Shown here piece after piece: positions 18,996-28,192 of a stretch of 64,000 nt of DNA. The DNA lies in contig DATDVZ010000003.1 in assembly GCA_036517475.1 (NCBI GenBank), positions 56 through 64,055 on the forward strand, written 5' to 3'. The first letter of the stretch is position 1, and the number at the start of each line of letters is the position of its first letter. Source of the stretch: Minisyncoccota bacterium (GTDB taxonomy: Bacteria > Patescibacteriota > Minisyncoccia > Phycocordibacterales > Zambryskibacteraceae). A program made the translations under genes and the position numbers. The notes beneath the pieces were generated by a model, which was given only the letters and a program-made list of their open reading frames with translations, ran no database searches and was not told the DNA's origin.

Positions 18996-19655
18996 ATGCC
19001 CGAGATTTTGTTAAAAACTTTTGATTTCATCCTTGATTTATTTTTTCCGCGAAGCGCACTTGTTTTAGAACTTGAATCAATGTCGCAGAGTGTGGCGCTT
19101 TCAAAATTACCAGCACCCGAGGAAAAGCCACCAGTAGGCGCCACTTCGCTTTTTTCTTATAAAAACAGAATGGTTCGTGAGCTTATCTGGCAGATAAAAT
19201 ACAAAAACAACCAGATACTTATAGCGGGCTGCGCGAAACTTCTATACGAAGTTATTCTTGAAGATTTATCAGAGAAAAATTTTTTTGAGAATAGTATTCC
19301 CGTCTTAATACCAATACCGATGAGCCACATCAAAAGGAAAGAAAAAGGTTTTAATCAGGCAGAAAGTTTGTGCAAAGAAATAATAAAATTGGATTCACAG
19401 AACTTATTCCACTATGAACCTTCAGTGCTCCTCAAAGCTTTGGAAACTGTTTCCCAAACCAAAACAAAAAATCGTCAAGAAAGATTGAATAATTTAAAGG
19501 GCTCATTTGGTATAAGTGATCCGGAGAAAATTTCGGGTAGAAATATAATTTTGATTGATGATGTAGTTACAACTGGAGCTACAATTGCTGAAGCAAAAAA
19601 AGTTTTAAAGGGAGCACTTGTAAAAGATGTTTGCATATATTCCATTGCTCATTAA
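18996..19655 (+). CDS. comFC: ComF family phosphoribosyltransferase-domain protein
   Basis: C-terminal PRTase motif IILIDDVVTTGATIAEA. Divergently transcribed from pilM. Confidence 0.75.
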   Translation: MPEILLKTFDFILDLFFPRSALVLELESMSQSVALSKLPAPEEKPPVGATSLFSYKNRMVRELIWQIKYKNNQILIAGCAKLLYEVILEDLSEKNFFENSIPVLIPIPMSHIKRKEKGFNQAESLCKEIIKLDSQNLFHYEPSVLLKALETVSQTKTKNRQERLNNLKGSFGISDPEKISGRNIILIDDVVTTGATIAEAKKVLKGALVKDVCIYSIAH

Positions 19656-19658
19656 AAA

Positions 19659-19676
19659 AACCCGCATTAGCGGGTT
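19659..19676. terminator. Bidirectional hairpin terminator between the convergent comFC and 19667-20143 genes
   Basis: aacccgc-atta-gcgggtt, flanked by an A tract on one side and a T tract on the other. Confidence 0.6.
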
Positions 19677-20143
19677 ATTTCTGTCAGCTTGCGGACACAT
19701 TCTCTCATCTCATCTGTTATATAAACTGAAATATTCGGGTCTCCGTCAGCACCACTTCCTGGAGAAGGAATATTTAGATAGTTTCCTGTCCTTATATATT
19801 CTCCGATCTCGGCGCAATCAGCCCTGAATTTCTGCCTTAGAATATCGCTGTATCCGCTTGTTTTTTTTACTAGTCCGAATGCCGCTTTAAGACATTCATT
19901 GTGGAGAAAAGCTGTTCCTTTAACCTGACTTCCGCCACCGTGATCTATTTCCCAGTGAAGAAACCAGCCTTGATCTGGTACCAATCCCACAAGCGTAATT
20001 GACAGTAGAGCGCACGGACCGTTAAGAATTAAGGTCTTCTTCCACTCTTCAAAATCACCTATTTCCATCTCTTGGCCTCTCTTATGCCACCAAGGAGGAC
20101 TTCTCAAAACAACCTGTATATGCAGAGGATTAATTTTCCCCAT
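19667..20143 (-). CDS. Hypothetical protein; visibly GC-richer than surrounding DNA
   Basis: 158-aa ORF with no recognised motif. Its composition differs from the AT-rich context. Confidence 0.5.
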   Translation of the reverse strand: MGKINPLHIQVVLRSPPWWHKRGQEMEIGDFEEWKKTLILNGPCALLSITLVGLVPDQGWFLHWEIDHGGGSQVKGTAFLHNECLKAAFGLVKKTSGYSDILRQKFRADCAEIGEYIRTGNYLNIPSPGSGADGDPNISVYITDEMRECVRKLTEITR

Positions 20144-20265
20144 TTTGCTCCTTTCGTTGTGGTAGTAATAAAATAACTTTTCTTACATCCATTAATAAAA
20201 TAGATGAAAATCACATTAATGTAAATGCGACATTATTAATTTCAAATTCTCGGGATAATGTTCAG

Positions 20266-20295
20266 AAGTTAGGTTGACTAGGTATAATATTTATT
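20266..20295 (+). promoter_or_regulatory. Candidate sigma70-type promoter for the 20329 gene
   Basis: TTCAGA, 16-nt spacer, TATAAT. The GGAGAT SD lies 5 nt before ATG 20329. Confidence 0.4.
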
Positions 20296-20328
20296 ATATT
20301 ATTGTCTTAGAAAAAATTGGAGATAAGA

Positions 20329-20658
20329 ATGCGTCGTAAAAGGACAAGCAGGAAGTATCTTAACCCGAGGGCTTTAGAATTTTTGGAGAAGTTAGATAAA
20401 GCACTTGAGGCCAACCCTTTGCCCAAAAAGCGTTCAGTTTTCAAACTTGGAATCACAAGTTCAAAACCTAGGCGCTTGCAGATTGAAGGACACTGTGCCG
20501 CATGCACTTTGTCAAGAAAACCTCTCTGGGAGTATCCGACTCGTGGCAGTAACCTAGTAAGAATATGTTCGCGATGTTCAAGCAAGTTTCAAGAGCGCCG
20601 CGGCCAGCTTGATGCACTCTCTCGCGCACTTCCTGGTAGTTTTGGCTCACGTGGTTAG
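20329..20658 (+). CDS. Hypothetical small Cys-containing protein (possible zinc-ribbon). Start set at the SD-preceded ATG 20329.
   Basis: MRRKRTSRKYLN...GHCAACTLS...RICSRCSSK. Followed by the hairpin terminator agccgcaa-aaaaa-ttgcggc-tttttt (20657-20682). Confidence 0.5.
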   Translation: MRRKRTSRKYLNPRALEFLEKLDKALEANPLPKKRSVFKLGITSSKPRRLQIEGHCAACTLSRKPLWEYPTRGSNLVRICSRCSSKFQERRGQLDALSRALPGSFGSRG

Positions 20659-20745
20659 CCGCAAAAAAATTGCGGCTTTTTTAATTTATAATAAGTGCAA
20701 AAAGTTTTGAAAATAGTTTAATTTATTGTATGTTATATGTCTCTT

Positions 20746-20834
20746 GGAGGGGTGCCGGAGCGGTCTAACGGAGCGGTTTGCTAAACCGTCGGGGCCTAAT
20801 ACGTCCCGCATGGGTTCAAATCCCATCCCCTCCG
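20746..20834 (+). tRNA. tRNA-Ser (anticodon GCT), with a long variable arm
   Basis: GGAGGGG-TG-CCGG..-GCGGT-TTGCTAA-ACCGT-(long variable arm)-ATGGG-TTCAAAT-CCCAT-CCCCTCC-G. Confidence 0.9.
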
Positions 20835-21145
20835 AAAATTAAGAGCGGAGTGATATAATTTTCGAGAGAAGCAAGCAAATTTATTTGCTAGCGTGAAGGG
20901 ATTTGAAGACCTTGAGCTTATCGCACGAGCGAAGTGAGTACGATGCGAAAGGTGTACAGAATCTGTAAGATTCAAATCCCATCCCCTCCGAAATGATCTG
21001 CGAAAAAGCCTGAATGGCTTTTGAGTAGAGTATCATTTTGAGAAGGGGTGGGATTTGAAAGCCGGAGCACGGCGGCGCGAGGCGGGGTCGAGGAAATTTT
21101 CAGCAGAAAATTATCCGTGACCAAATCCCATCCCCTTCGCAAAGA
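20835..21145. repeat. Cluster of direct and inverted partial copies of the tRNA-Ser 3' end (att-site-like scars)
   Basis: Direct copies of ttcaaatcccatcccctccgaaa at 20971-20993 and a degenerate one at 21121-21143. Inverted copies gaagggatttgaag at 20895-20908 and gaaggggtgggatttgaaa at 21042-21060. Confidence 0.65.
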
Positions 21146-21191
21146 AACAAAAACACTCGGTGCTTCCGTTGAAGATTTATTGAAATAATAT

Positions 21192-21749
21192 ATGTCCAAT
21201 AAACCATTAAAAACTTTGTTCATCTTTAACGGAATTTTTGTTTTTGCCGGAAGCTTACTAGGCCCCCTGTATGCTTTATATGTTGGAACTGTTGATAAAA
21301 ATATTCTTTCAGTTAGCATAACCTGGGCCTCCTTTTTTGTGGCGAGTTTTATTTTTACTATTATCGTCTCAAAAGTCGGGGATAAGATAAAAGAAAAAAG
21401 ATACTTACTAATGGCAGGATTTCTTGTGAGAGCAGTCGCTTGGTTTATGTTCATTTTTGCGGGCAATGTTTTTCACTTTGTTTTACTACAAACGCTTCTG
21501 GGCTTAGGGGAAGCTCTCGGAACTCCTACGTTTGATGCGATTTTCGCCGAACATTTAGATAGGGGTAAGCATATTAGAGAGTATGCAGACTGGAAACTAA
21601 TAGTAAATGGAACTACGGCTGTTGGAACAATAATAGGCGGACTAGTAGTTACAACTTTAGGTTTTAGCTGGCTATTCGCAGCTATGAGTGGGTTTGCGGT
21701 AGTTTCTTTCTTGGGTGTGTTGGTACAACCAAGAAAATTGCTATGGTAG
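21192..21749 (+). pseudogene. MFS-type transporter N-terminal fragment (~6 TM); probably truncated
   Basis: 185 aa with the MFS loop motif VGDKIKEKR between TM2 and TM3. Ends after about six helices, and repeat elements follow. Confidence 0.45.
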
Positions 21750-22008
21750 TTGTTAAGAATTTGCCGCCAACTCTATAGAAAAACTTTAAATTATTAATGA
21801 TTTTGGCTTCGCCTTTCATTTTACCCGCCCGCCTATTCCGAGTCCCGATTACGAAGCAATCGCGGACGAGGACATTATTCCGCTGTGCCCGTCTGTAGCT
21901 TTAGCGAAAGAGAGTTAGAGCTATTTCAAGAATACACCGAAATCAAAACTCATAGTTGAATCAATGATGACTGACTTATTTTTTAGTAATGCTAAAATAA
22001 CCTAATGA

Positions 22009-22207
22009 ATCCCATTAGAGATCAGTGGGTTGATTATTAAACATTCTGATAAATAACGAGAAAATTATCAAAATATAATTACATGGAGTTAACGGACGGA
22101 AGTGCTTGAAGTATAATCAATAAACTGGAGTCGGGAATTTATTTATTTAATTTTACATAGGAGGCGAAAACTTAATATGTTGAGGCACTTCCTATCTCTA
22201 ATGGGAT
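22009..22207 (+). promoter_or_regulatory. Leader cassette copy 1: 14-bp terminal inverted repeats, promoter, SD and uORF, fused to the start codon of the downstream gene
   Basis: 5' ATCCCATTAGAGAT (22009-22022) and 3' ATCTCTAATGGGAT (22194-22207) form a perfect inverted repeat. TTAACG-18-TATAAT at 22089-22118, AGGAGG at 22159-22164. uORF MLRHFLSLMG at 22177-22209, whose TGA stop overlaps the main ATG at 22206. Confidence 0.6.
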
Positions 22208-22562
22208 GAACCGAGAACAAATTCAAAATTTACTACTTAGAATCTCCTTAACTTTTTCTTTTTTCTATGTTGCGCAGGCCGCAATCCGAGACCCGCTTTC
22301 CTGGCTTTCATATGCTCCTCAGTTTGTTCAAAACGCATTCCCTGCTGAAACTCTGCTTTTTCTGCTTGCTGCTTTCCATATAATCATTGGACTTTGGGTT
22401 CTCTCCGGATGGAAAATCTTTGTGTCAACAAGTATAGCGGCGGCCTACCTTCTGGCTGTTGTTATATTCAATTTTACACAAATGGATATTTTATTTAGAG
22501 ATATTTCTCTGCTTCTTGTGGCCTTAGCTTTAGCTGTGGGAAACTACCGAGTTACTTATTAG
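22206..22562 (+). CDS. Small polytopic membrane protein (DoxX-like)
   Basis: 118 aa with three or four hydrophobic helices. Confidence 0.55.
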   Translation: MNREQIQNLLLRISLTFSFFYVAQAAIRDPLSWLSYAPQFVQNAFPAETLLFLLAAFHIIIGLWVLSGWKIFVSTSIAAAYLLAVVIFNFTQMDILFRDISLLLVALALAVGNYRVTY

Positions 22563-22751
22563 GAATTCAAGGTTTACGATTCTTAAATCGTACCCCTTAA
22601 ATCATAAGTCTTGTTATTGTAATTTTTGATATAATTAGCATTCATTAGTAGATTCGTCCCGATCCCGACTTTTTGAGTCGTGGATCGAGGATCCTCGATT
22701 TCGTTAACGAAATCAGGATATTATTCGCAAATTAGTATATTAACTTTATGA

Positions 22752-22948
22752 ATCCCATTAGAGATTAATAGGTTGATTATTAAACATTCTGATAAATAAC
22801 TGGAAAATTATCAAAATAATAATATGGAGTTAACAAACGGAAGTGCTTGAAGTATAATCAATAAATTAGAGTCGAAAATTTATTTATTTAATTTTACATA
22901 GGAAGCGAAAACTTAATATGTTTAAGCACTTCCTATCTCTAACGGGAT
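22752..22948 (+). promoter_or_regulatory. Leader cassette copy 2 (~90% identical to copy 1)
   Basis: Same TIRs, with one change in the 3' TIR (ATCTCTAACGGGAT). uORF MFKHFLSLTG with its TGA overlapping the main ATG at 22947. Confidence 0.6.
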
Positions 22949-23453
22949 GAACAAAACATTAACTTGGACAGTGATAATCGTAGTCGCCGCTGCCCTCATT
23001 TGGTTTCTTTTCGGCAATAAAGAAACCGAGGCGCCAACACAAATTCCAACCGCGAGCGAAGAAAATACCAACATGCCAGCCGCCGGTGAAAACAGCACTG
23101 AAACTTCTGTAACAGTTGAGGCTGGAGCAACTGTTAATACTTTGCCAAAAACCGCAACAATTACTTACACAGACTCCGGATTTACTCCCCAGACAGTTAC
23201 AATTGCAAATGGCGGTAAAGTTAATTGGGTTAATAAAAGTTCAAACAACATGTGGGTTGCCTCTGCTATGCATCCTTCACATAGTGTTTATAGCGGTACT
23301 ACCCTTTCGCAACATTGCCCCAATACTTCTGGTAGTGCTTTTGACGAATGCGCCAACGGCAACAGCTATGGTTTCACTTTTACAAAAACAGGTGAATGGA
23401 AATATCACAACCATTCACTTTCGAGCCACTTCGGCACAGTAATAGTTAAATAA
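22947..23453 (+). CDS. Membrane-anchored cupredoxin-like protein (possible metal-binding His/Cys residues)
   Basis: N-terminal TM helix and a beta-rich domain ending ...GTVIVK. Candidate ligand residues at MHPSH, HCPN and YHNH. Confidence 0.5.
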   Translation: MNKTLTWTVIIVVAAALIWFLFGNKETEAPTQIPTASEENTNMPAAGENSTETSVTVEAGATVNTLPKTATITYTDSGFTPQTVTIANGGKVNWVNKSSNNMWVASAMHPSHSVYSGTTLSQHCPNTSGSAFDECANGNSYGFTFTKTGEWKYHNHSLSSHFGTVIVK

Positions 23454-23553
23454 TACTTGTCCCGTTAGAAGTCCCTTGCAATATCGCTAAAAAAATTGTA
23501 TGATATTACAATATGAATAGTTTTATAAATTTAATAAAGACCTCGTTATTGTT

Positions 23554-24045
23554 TTGCTGAGAGGACTTTCTAATGGGATGGAAACAGGAAATAAACAAAT
23601 TTTTACTGCTGCGATAGTTGTTATTCTTATATTGATAATTTATTTTGCGGCCACCAATAACACTGTTAATACTCCTGATCCAAAGGGTGGTGAAATTGAA
23701 ACTCCCGGTTCAGAGGCTACAAAACCCGCTCCGGTAGAAGAAGTAAAACAAGAAGTAAAATCTGCTCCGGCACCGACCCCAGCTGTTACAGTTAACTACA
23801 CTGATGCAGGTTATGTCACTTCTTTCAGTCCAAGTATTATTACAATTTACAAGGACCAGTCGGTTCTTTTTATTAACTTAACTAACTCTTCGATGCGGAT
23901 CACTTCTGATGAATATAAGGGTCTAGATCAGGAAGCTGCAGTATTAAAAGGAGGCACTTATCAATTTACTTTCAAGGAAAGAGGTAGGTGGAAATTCTAT
24001 AATGCTGTTAACCCCGCTAAAGTGGGAACAGTTATTGTTAAGTAA
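23554..24045 (+). CDS. Paralogue of the 22947 gene that lacks the Cys/His residues
   Basis: Same architecture: TVNYTDAGYVTSF...GTYQFTFKERGRWKFYN...GTVIVK. Confidence 0.55.
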   Translation: MLRGLSNGMETGNKQIFTAAIVVILILIIYFAATNNTVNTPDPKGGEIETPGSEATKPAPVEEVKQEVKSAPAPTPAVTVNYTDAGYVTSFSPSIITIYKDQSVLFINLTNSSMRITSDEYKGLDQEAAVLKGGTYQFTFKERGRWKFYNAVNPAKVGTVIVK

Positions 24046-24323
24046 AATACAAATATTAAAAGTTAATCACCCCACTTAAAAGCGATAGCATTTAAGTGGA
24101 GTTACTTTAAAAGGTTTAAAGTAGGAAAAATGACCTCTTCCCTTCACTCTCTGCGTGGTTTCCTGATAAATAAAAAAGAGCCGTCTTAAGCGGCTCTTTG
24201 CATGCGATCCATAATTTCAGCGAACGTATCTTACTTCATTGACAACGTGTCAACCTTCCAGGTTGACACGGAATATTTCTATTTACCCTTTAAATTAGCC
24301 GTATTTTTTGATAGTATGAGCTG

Positions 24324-26477
24324 GTGAATATTAACTCTCCAATAAAAGAATCTTTCAGAACTTCAGAATACCAGGAGAAAGCTCTAAAAAAACTTGGGGT
24401 TAGGGCAATTGGTGACCTTCTATATCACTTCCCCACCCGTTATGGCAGTACAGCAGATATAAAAAATATTTCTGATTTAAATATTGGAGAAAACGCCGTA
24501 ATTTATGGAAAAATTTATAATTTAAAAACAAGTAAAGCCTGGCGCAAAAAAATTCCAATGGCAACAGCAATGTTGGCAGATGATACGGGGAAAATAAAAA
24601 TAGTCTGGTTCAATCAACCCTATTTAGCAAAGATGATCCCAGAGGGCTCAGTGGTACGCACAGAAGGCAGGGTTTCAGAAAGAAAGGGTGAAATCTATTT
24701 TTCCAATCCTAAAGTTGAGAAAGCCCCTAAAAAAGCAGACTCAGCTTATTCTTCTTTATTTGGTAATTCTTCTCTGAGACACACTCTTTATCCCGTATAT
24801 CCTGAATCTCGCGGCATTACTTCAAACTGGTTTTACTATTCAATCCAGAAACTATTTAAGGTAGGAATTTTAAATGAGGTAGTTGATCTAATACCCGAAG
24901 AAATACTAAAAAAATACAATTTACCTGATTTAAAAACTTCACTTATTTGGATTCATACACCTAAAAATGAAAATAACGCAAAGGCCGCACGCAAAAGGTT
25001 TGCATTTGAGGAAGTCTTTTTTATTCAACTGCAGAAACATCGCGACCGAAAAATTTGGCAAGAACATTCATCTTTTAAAATTAAAAAAGATATTAGGGAT
25101 ATTGAAGAATTTGTCAGTCGTTTTCCTTTTCCGCTAACAAATGCTCAAAAAAAATCAATTGAAGAAATCTTGAGAGATTTTGATAAAAATTATCCAATGT
25201 CTCGCCTTTTAGAAGGTGATGTCGGCAGCGGCAAGACAGCTGTCGCTGCCGCTGCCTCATATGCAGTAATTAACTCCAGACCTATGGGTCAGGATTTTGG
25301 CAATCTGCAGGTAGCTTATATGGCCCCAACAGAGATCTTGGCAGAACAGCACTTTCAATCATTCATTGAGTACTTTGCCTACACTGGAATACAAATTGGT
25401 CTTATTACCGGAAGCGGCTGCAAAAAATTTCCTTCGAAAGTCAATCCTAAAGGGGCAACTAACATCTCAAGAGCTCAATTCCTAAAATGGGTTTCAAACG
25501 GCGAAATACCCATTGTTATAGGCACACATACGCTAATACAAAAATCTGTTCAATTTAAACATTTGGCATTGGCAATAGTTGATGAGCAACATCGTTTTGG
25601 CACAGAACAAAGAAAAAAGTTTCGTGAGAAAGAGGGTAAAATTCCGCACCTGTTGAGTATGACAGCAACCCCGATCCCCAGAACACTCTCTCTAACTATT
25701 TATGGCGACCTGGATTTAAGTTTATTAGAAGAATTGCCAGCGGGTAGAAAATGGCCTGAAACCAAAATTGTCTTACCAAATGAAAGAAATTCTGTTTATG
25801 ATTTTATGCGAAATGAAATAAAATCCGGCCGGCAAGCATTTGTAATTTGTCCAAGGATTGATGAACCTGATCCGACAAAAGAATTAGCTCTTCAAGCTAA
25901 ATCTGCCAAGGAAGAGGCGAAGCGGCTTAAAAAAGAAATTTTTCCGGAGTTTGAAATTAGCGTCTTGCATAGCAAGATTAAGTCTGCGGAGAAGGAAAAA
26001 ATTATGGGCGAATTCAAGGATGGGAAAACAAAAATTTTGGTTGCAACTTCTGTGGTGGAAGTGGGGGTCAATGTACCAAATGCAACAATAATTATCATCG
26101 AGGGCGCAGAGCGTTTTGGTCTTGCCCAGCTTCATCAGCTTCGCGGCCGTGTTATGAGAAGCTCTTATCAGCCGTATTGTTTTATTTTTTCACAGTCAAA
26201 ATCAAAAACCTCGATTGAGCGACTCAAGGCGCTCAAAACCGCCAAAAGCGGTTTTGAGCTTGCTGAATTTGATTTATCTCAACGCGGAGCAGGAGAACTC
26301 GCCGGCGGAAAGCAGTGGGGCATAACTGACATAGGGATGGAGGCAATAAAAAATCTCAAAATGGTAGAAGCTGCCCGCCTTGAGGCGCAAAGAATCATTG
26401 AAAATGACCCAAAACTTTTAAAATTCCCCCAACTCAAAGAATGTCTAAAAGTAGAAAACAAAATCCACTTCGAGTAA
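24324..26477 (+). CDS. recG: ATP-dependent DNA helicase RecG
   Basis: 717 aa with a wedge/OB N-terminus, DVGSGKT Walker A, DEQHRFG DEAH box and ATPIPRTL motif. Confidence 0.9.
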   Translation: MNINSPIKESFRTSEYQEKALKKLGVRAIGDLLYHFPTRYGSTADIKNISDLNIGENAVIYGKIYNLKTSKAWRKKIPMATAMLADDTGKIKIVWFNQPYLAKMIPEGSVVRTEGRVSERKGEIYFSNPKVEKAPKKADSAYSSLFGNSSLRHTLYPVYPESRGITSNWFYYSIQKLFKVGILNEVVDLIPEEILKKYNLPDLKTSLIWIHTPKNENNAKAARKRFAFEEVFFIQLQKHRDRKIWQEHSSFKIKKDIRDIEEFVSRFPFPLTNAQKKSIEEILRDFDKNYPMSRLLEGDVGSGKTAVAAAASYAVINSRPMGQDFGNLQVAYMAPTEILAEQHFQSFIEYFAYTGIQIGLITGSGCKKFPSKVNPKGATNISRAQFLKWVSNGEIPIVIGTHTLIQKSVQFKHLALAIVDEQHRFGTEQRKKFREKEGKIPHLLSMTATPIPRTLSLTIYGDLDLSLLEELPAGRKWPETKIVLPNERNSVYDFMRNEIKSGRQAFVICPRIDEPDPTKELALQAKSAKEEAKRLKKEIFPEFEISVLHSKIKSAEKEKIMGEFKDGKTKILVATSVVEVGVNVPNATIIIIEGAERFGLAQLHQLRGRVMRSSYQPYCFIFSQSKSKTSIERLKALKTAKSGFELAEFDLSQRGAGELAGGKQWGITDIGMEAIKNLKMVEAARLEAQRIIENDPKLLKFPQLKECLKVENKIHFE

Positions 26478-26509
26478 AAATGTGTTTCTTAAGGTGTTTT
26501 CAATAAAAA

Positions 26510-27865
26510 TCAGGATGATAGAGGTAACTGCTGATTATAGTAAGCGCATTGCTCTACATCTGGTAACAGTTGGCTTTGTAACATCCATGTTGGTATAAAT
26601 GGTAACGATTGAGGATAGTATTGGAGCAGACTTGAATTTTGCGGCAATGAAGTATTAATATCATTTTTAATTTTGTTTTGTTCTGTTGAAGAAAGGGATG
26701 ACCAGCGCAGTGTGCTATTTATTACAGCTCTGGGATCAGTCGGGCCAAGATTAAAATTCAGAGCATTATTTTCATTTTGACATGTCACCAGAAACTGCCA
26801 TGGGTAACCGTTTGGGGGAAGCGGGGTTGGGGATTCATAAATCAGAGTTGATTGAAATGCAAACGAATATTGACCAGTATCGTTAAACAACCATTTGTAA
26901 CTAAAACCAATTATTGGATTTGCTTGAGATGTGGTTTGTGTGGTAGTGGATGTGGTGTTAATAATAGTAATATTTTGATTTACATTTGAACTTTTTCCCG
27001 TAGTCGAATCAGTACAGCTCATTGAGTACAGAACAGTACCGCTTGTTGGAAGAGGTAATGTGCCGTAGATAGATTGTGTAGTTACATTAGAGTTTCCGTA
27101 TAAACCGCCTGGGGTCGGTACGGCATGGAGATAAATACTTCCTCTAGATTGCCCCTGATTCCAGTAATTTCCCCCTGCTGGAAGCCCACTAAACGAGCAA
27201 GAAATACTGGGCGAAGCGGGTGTATCCCAAAATAGCCACAACCCAATTGTTGAATTCAGCATACTCAAGTCAACGGTTAAACCGCCATTGGCGTTAAAGG
27301 GATTAGTATAACTTACTCCCGATTGAACTGGGGCATAGAAGCCAATTGATGGTCCTTCGGTTGTTCCAATTGTAGCTCCTTGTCCACCACGAATGGTATT
27401 GACTCCGGCGCTAGACCCAATTACTGCCGTTCCCATACCTGTACCAGTCCCAGTTGTTCCTGAATACAATGCCTGATTTTGAAGACTGGTCAGTGAACTT
27501 GTGTATCCGCATTCAATGAGAATCTGTGTCGGAGCCGGAGTATTTACAACACTAGAATTATATAAAATTACCCCACCGCTCAATACTTTTCTAACTACAA
27601 CAATAAAAGAGCTATAATCGTAACAAGTAGCCGAATCTGATTGCGATGATAAATTAGTATTTGAGTTTAGACTTTGAGAAGATAATAAATTACCTTCAGT
27701 TTGGCTCTCAATATAAGCATTCAGTTGGTCTTGAAGTGCCGTGATTTGGGATTGAAGCGACAAGATCAAAGAATAAAAAGAATTAGTTTGTGTAATTTGG
27801 GCATAAGAAAAATGGGCAGAAAATAAAAATAAACCCAAAATAATAAAAATAAAAAATTTTTTCAT
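26510..27865 (-). CDS. Secreted Ser/Thr/Gly-rich hypothetical protein
   Basis: Signal peptide MKKFFIFIILGLFLFSAHFSYAQ followed by a low-complexity T/S/G-rich body. Confidence 0.6.
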   Translation of the reverse strand: MKKFFIFIILGLFLFSAHFSYAQITQTNSFYSLILSLQSQITALQDQLNAYIESQTEGNLLSSQSLNSNTNLSSQSDSATCYDYSSFIVVVRKVLSGGVILYNSSVVNTPAPTQILIECGYTSSLTSLQNQALYSGTTGTGTGMGTAVIGSSAGVNTIRGGQGATIGTTEGPSIGFYAPVQSGVSYTNPFNANGGLTVDLSMLNSTIGLWLFWDTPASPSISCSFSGLPAGGNYWNQGQSRGSIYLHAVPTPGGLYGNSNVTTQSIYGTLPLPTSGTVLYSMSCTDSTTGKSSNVNQNITIINTTSTTTQTTSQANPIIGFSYKWLFNDTGQYSFAFQSTLIYESPTPLPPNGYPWQFLVTCQNENNALNFNLGPTDPRAVINSTLRWSSLSSTEQNKIKNDINTSLPQNSSLLQYYPQSLPFIPTWMLQSQLLPDVEQCAYYNQQLPLSS

Positions 27866-28192
27866 TCTTTTAAATCAACAAACTAAAATATACTCATTTT
27901 AAGATATGACCTATTATAAACCACTTTAGGAATTACTCGAAATGGCTAAATTTACTAATGTCCGATTATTTCTTAAGTTCGTTAATTAGATTCTGAAGAG
28001 CTTGCAGCGCTGCAGCGACCAAACTTGGCCATACAACTTGAGGTGCAAAAAATTGTAGAAACAAACCCAACACTTTCAAAATATCCTTTACTTAAGGAAC
28101 AAGTAGAAAAAACAGAGAATCAAATTCATTTTGAATAACTGAGATGTTGGACGTCTCAGAAAATCATCATAGCTTACAAAATGGGTGAAGTT

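Noticed and set aside
20972-21466. 164-aa minus-strand ORF
   Set aside because: It overlaps the tRNA-Ser 3'-fragment repeats and is antisense to the MFS fragment. There is no RBS and the composition is repeat-derived, so it is likely spurious.
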